A stretch of 19,023 nucleotides of DNA, from assembly GCA_052390515.1 (NCBI GenBank), contig JBQTGV010000155.1, forward strand, positions 1 through 19,023, in the 5' to 3' direction. The notes under the pieces are model-generated. The model saw only the letters and a program-made list of their open reading frames with translations. It was not told where the DNA came from and did no database searches. Shown here one piece after another: positions 16,064-19,023 of the stretch. This DNA comes from Candidatus Eiseniibacteriota bacterium. Its GTDB lineage: Bacteria > ARS69. A program made the translations under genes and the position numbers. Each line of letters opens with the position of its first letter. Positions within the stretch are counted from its first letter, which is position 1.

Positions 16064-17186
16064 GCAGGTCTACACGGTCACCGAGCTGACCGGGAGGATC
16101 AAGCGCCTCCTGGAGCAGCAGTGGGCCGCGCTCTGGGTCGAGGGTGAAGTCTCCAACGTTCGCCCCTCGGGCGCGGGCCACGTGTACTTCACGCTGAAGG
16201 ACGAGAAGGCCTCGCTCGACGTCGTCCTGTTCCGCACGCAGGCGCAGCGGCAGAAGTTCCGGCTGGAGCACGGCCAGAAGGTGCGCGTGTTCGGCTCGCT
16301 CAACGTCTACGCGCAGAAGGGTGCCTACCAGATCAACGCAGCGAAGATCGAACCGGTGGGCGTCGGCGAGCTCGAGCTCGCGTTCCGCCAGCTGCATGCA
16401 CGCCTCGCGCGCGAGGGACTGTTCGACCCGGCGCGCAAGAGACCGATCCCGCGGATGCCGCGGACCGTCGGCATCGTGACGTCGTCGACCGGGGCGGCCA
16501 TCCGCGACCTCATCTCGGTGCTGCGTCGGCGTGCACCGCAGGTGCGCGTCGTGCTCCGACCGGCGCGCGTCCAGGGCGAAGGCGCTGCGGTGGACGTGGC
16601 CCGCGCCGTCCGCGAGCTGGACGAGTGGGGCGAGGCCGACGTGCTCATCGTCGGGCGCGGAGGAGGATCGCTCGAGGATCTGTGGACCTTCAACGAGGAG
16701 ATCGTGGCCCGGGCGATCCACGCGAGCCGCACGCCGGTCATCTCCGCCGTCGGGCACGAGATCGACCAGACGATCGCGGACTTCGTCGCCGACGTCCGCG
16801 CGCCCACTCCGAGCGCCGCCGCCGAGCTCGCCGCGCCCGACCGCGAGGCGCTGCTGGCCGGGGTCACCGAGACCGGCCGTCGCCTGGCTGCCGGGGTCAC
16901 GCGGTGGTTGCGCGCCCGCGGGGATCGGGTGAAGCTGCGCGGTGAGGCCGCGGTGCGCTCCGGGCTCGCGAGGCTGCTGGAGCGGTCCCGCCTTCGCCTC
17001 GCCGGACTCGGCGGGAGGCTCGACGCGCTGTCTCCGCTCGCGATTCTGGGCCGAGGCTACGCCATCGCCAGCTCCGAGTCGGGCCGCATTCTGCGTGCGG
17101 CCGGCGACGCGCAGCCGGGCGAGCGGATCGAGGTGCGCCTCGCGCGGGGCAGGCTGGGCTGTCGGGTCGAGGAGGTAGGGTCGTGA
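16026..17186 (+). CDS. xseA: Exodeoxyribonuclease VII large subunit
   Basis: WVEGEVSN, GHVYFTLKD, GIVTSSTGAAIRD, VQGEGA, GRGGGSLEDLW.FNEE, SAVGHEID, RAPTPSAAAE and LSPLAILGRGYA motifs. Confidence 0.96.
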   Translation: MSLLPGTPSRSAEQVYTVTELTGRIKRLLEQQWAALWVEGEVSNVRPSGAGHVYFTLKDEKASLDVVLFRTQAQRQKFRLEHGQKVRVFGSLNVYAQKGAYQINAAKIEPVGVGELELAFRQLHARLAREGLFDPARKRPIPRMPRTVGIVTSSTGAAIRDLISVLRRRAPQVRVVLRPARVQGEGAAVDVARAVRELDEWGEADVLIVGRGGGSLEDLWTFNEEIVARAIHASRTPVISAVGHEIDQTIADFVADVRAPTPSAAAELAAPDREALLAGVTETGRRLAAGVTRWLRARGDRVKLRGEAAVRSGLARLLERSRLRLAGLGGRLDALSPLAILGRGYAIASSESGRILRAAGDAQPGERIEVRLARGRLGCRVEEVGS

Positions 17187-17428
17187 AGCTGCGGAACGAC
17201 GCCAGTTTCGAGGAGTGCCTCGCGCGGCTCGACGAGATCGTCCAGATGCTCGACCGGGGAGACGCGCCGCTCGAGAAGGGGCTCGCGCTCTTCGAGGAGG
17301 GGGTCGGTCTGGTGCGCGCGTGTCAGGACATGCTCGCCGGCGCCGAGCAGCGCGTGCTGCGCTTCTCCCGGGACGAGGAGGGCCCCGTCACGCTGACTCC
17401 GTTCCCGGACGAGGGTGAGGCTCGTTGA
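17183..17428 (+). CDS. xseB: Exodeoxyribonuclease VII small subunit
   Basis: SFEECLARLDEIV..LD.G..PLE..L.LFEEGV.L...C...L..AEQRV motif. GTGA overlap with xseA. Confidence 0.95.
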   Translation: MKLRNDASFEECLARLDEIVQMLDRGDAPLEKGLALFEEGVGLVRACQDMLAGAEQRVLRFSRDEEGPVTLTPFPDEGEAR

Positions 17429-18315
17429 CGCCCGTGGACGTGCGCACGGTGCTGGACCGCTACCGCGCCGAGATCGAGACCGCGCTGGACGAGGCGGTGC
17501 CCGAAGTGCACGGCGCGCTGTCGCGGCTGCACGAAGCCATGCGTTACAGCGTGCTCGAGGGAGGCAAGCGGATCCGGCCCGCGCTCACCTTCGCGTCCTG
17601 CGAGGCGGTCGGCGGGACGAGTCGCGCAGCCGCCGCTCCCGCGGTGGCCCTCGAGCTGGTGCACGCGTACTCGCTCATCCACGACGACCTGCCGTGCATG
17701 GACGACGACGACCTGCGGCGAGGCCGGCCCACGAACCACCGCGTCTTCGGCGAGGCGCTCGCCGTCCTGGCCGGCGACGGACTCCTGACGCGTGCCTTCG
17801 GCGTGCTGGCCGAGGCCCCTCTGCCGGCCCAGACTCGGGTCCGCTCCGTGGAGATCCTGGCCGAGGCGGCAGGCTCGCTGGGTATGGTGGGCGGGCAGGT
17901 CCTGGACCTGGCCGCGGAGGGATCGGTGGATGTCGATCTGCCCGCTCTCCAGTACATTCATGCTCGCAAGACCGGGACCCTCTTCCGTGCGGCGTGCCGG
18001 TTGGGGGGTCTCGCGGGCGGGTCGGACGGCGGGCAGGACGAGGTCCTCGGGCGCTTCGGCGAGACGATCGGGCTGGCGTTCCAGATCGTCGACGACATCC
18101 TGGACGAGACCGCCAGCACCGAGCAGCTCGGCAAGGGCGCGCGGAAGGACCGTTCGCGAGGGAAGGTCACCTACCCGTTCCTCCTCGGGCTCGACGAGTC
18201 GAGGCGGCGCGTCGAGGAGCTCGGGCGCGAGGCGGAGGAGCTCTCGCGGTCGTTCGGCGGGGCCGGTTCAGCCCTCGCGCTGCTCGCCCGCCACGTCGTG
18301 GAACGCACAGCCTGA
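17425..18315 (+). CDS. ispA: Farnesyl/geranylgeranyl diphosphate synthase
   Basis: GGKRIRP, HAYSLIHDDLPCMDDDDLRRGRPT (first Asp-rich motif), GMVGGQ, KTG, FQIVDDILD (second Asp-rich motif) and KVTYP. TTG start overlaps the xseB stop. Confidence 0.94.
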   Translation: MTPVDVRTVLDRYRAEIETALDEAVPEVHGALSRLHEAMRYSVLEGGKRIRPALTFASCEAVGGTSRAAAAPAVALELVHAYSLIHDDLPCMDDDDLRRGRPTNHRVFGEALAVLAGDGLLTRAFGVLAEAPLPAQTRVRSVEILAEAAGSLGMVGGQVLDLAAEGSVDVDLPALQYIHARKTGTLFRAACRLGGLAGGSDGGQDEVLGRFGETIGLAFQIVDDILDETASTEQLGKGARKDRSRGKVTYPFLLGLDESRRRVEELGREAEELSRSFGGAGSALALLARHVVERTA

Positions 18316-18333
18316 AGGAGTCCTGGCACTCCC

Positions 18334-18792
18334 GTGGACTTGATGGCATCCTTCCCGCTGAGCAGGCCGCTGCTTCTCGCGCTGGGAAGCTCGCTGGCGG
18401 CACAGCTCACGAAGTTCCTGGTCACGCTAGGCCGTGACGGGACCGTCAACTTCAAGCGCCTGGTGGAGTTGGGCGGGATGCCCAGCGCCCATTCGGCCTC
18501 GGTCGCGGCGCTCTCGACCGGGGTGGGGTTGGAGCAGGGGGTACAGTCGCCGCTTTTCGGCGTGACCGTGTTCTACAGCCTGATGACCATGTACGACGCC
18601 GCGGGGATCCGGCGTTCCGCCGGTCGCCAGGCCGAGGTGCTGAACCGGATCGTCGACGACCTCAAGATCAACCGCAGGGTGCGCGAGGAACGCCTGCTGG
18701 AGCTGCTCGGGCACACGCCTTTCGAGGTGATCGCCGGAGCCGCCCTGGGGATCGCGTTCGCGCTCGCCGGCGGTCGTCTCATGAACCTGTAA
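18334..18792 (+). CDS. Divergent PAP2 family membrane protein (DUF212)
   Basis: AQLTK, GGMPSAHSA, MYDAAGIRRSAG.QA..LN and ELLGHTPFEV motifs. The start could be GTG 18334, TTG 18340 or ATG 18343. Confidence 0.88.
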   Translation: MDLMASFPLSRPLLLALGSSLAAQLTKFLVTLGRDGTVNFKRLVELGGMPSAHSASVAALSTGVGLEQGVQSPLFGVTVFYSLMTMYDAAGIRRSAGRQAEVLNRIVDDLKINRRVREERLLELLGHTPFEVIAGAALGIAFALAGGRLMNL

Positions 18793-18805
18793 CGACGGGG
18801 CCCAC

Positions 18806-19023
18806 GTGGAACGAATCCTGGATCGCATCGAGCAGCCGAAGGACCTGCGCCAGCTGGACGTCGACGAGCTGGTCGCGCTGTGCGAGGAGATCCGCGAGGA
18901 GATCATCGACACGGTCACACGAGCCGGCGGCCATCTCGGTGCGAGCCTCGGCGCGGTGGAGCTGACCGTCGCCATCCATCGCGTGTTCGATTCCCCCGAG
19001 GACCGCATCGTCTGGGACGTGGG
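18806..19023 (+). CDS. dxs: 1-deoxy-D-xylulose-5-phosphate synthase (3' end outside window; not in ORF track)
   Basis: Manual translation from GTG 18806 gives MERILDRIEQPKDLRQLDVDELVALCEEIREEIIDTVTRAGGHLGASLGAVELTVAIHRVFDSPEDRIVWDV, the canonical DXS N-terminus. It sits in xseAB-ispA-dxs synteny. Confidence 0.95.
   Translation, partial: MERILDRIEQPKDLRQLDVDELVALCEEIREEIIDTVTRAGGHLGASLGAVELTVAIHRVFDSPEDRIVWDV

Overview
This is a very GC-rich bacterial chromosomal segment made up entirely of housekeeping genes on the + strand, many with overlapping stop/start codons. Gene order: xerD (5'-truncated), scpA, scpB, rluB, aroF, aroA, cmk, plsC, rpsA, tRNA-Val(GAC), infC (AUC start), a 141-nt fold-back element, rplT, pheS, pheT, zapB-like, zapA, a TIGR00282/YmdB phosphoesterase, folD, xseA, xseB, ispA, a DUF212 gene, and dxs (3'-truncated). 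I found no transposase, phage, CRISPR or defence genes and no unexplained large protein. The long minus-strand ORFs are high-GC shadows of real genes. The unusual features are non-coding sequences and missing genes. The rpmI (L35) slot between infC and rplT holds a 31-bp imperfect inverted-repeat element instead; it supplies the infC stop codon and encloses a 23-codon Arg-rich ORF whose Shine-Dalgarno (SD) site is buried in the stem. A second long hairpin sits between tRNA-Val and infC. zapA abuts the YmdB-like gene with no 6S RNA or rny between them. pheT contains an AT-rich, promoter-like patch. I cannot support a new multi-gene system from this sequence alone. All calls come from motif recognition and hand alignment, not database searches.
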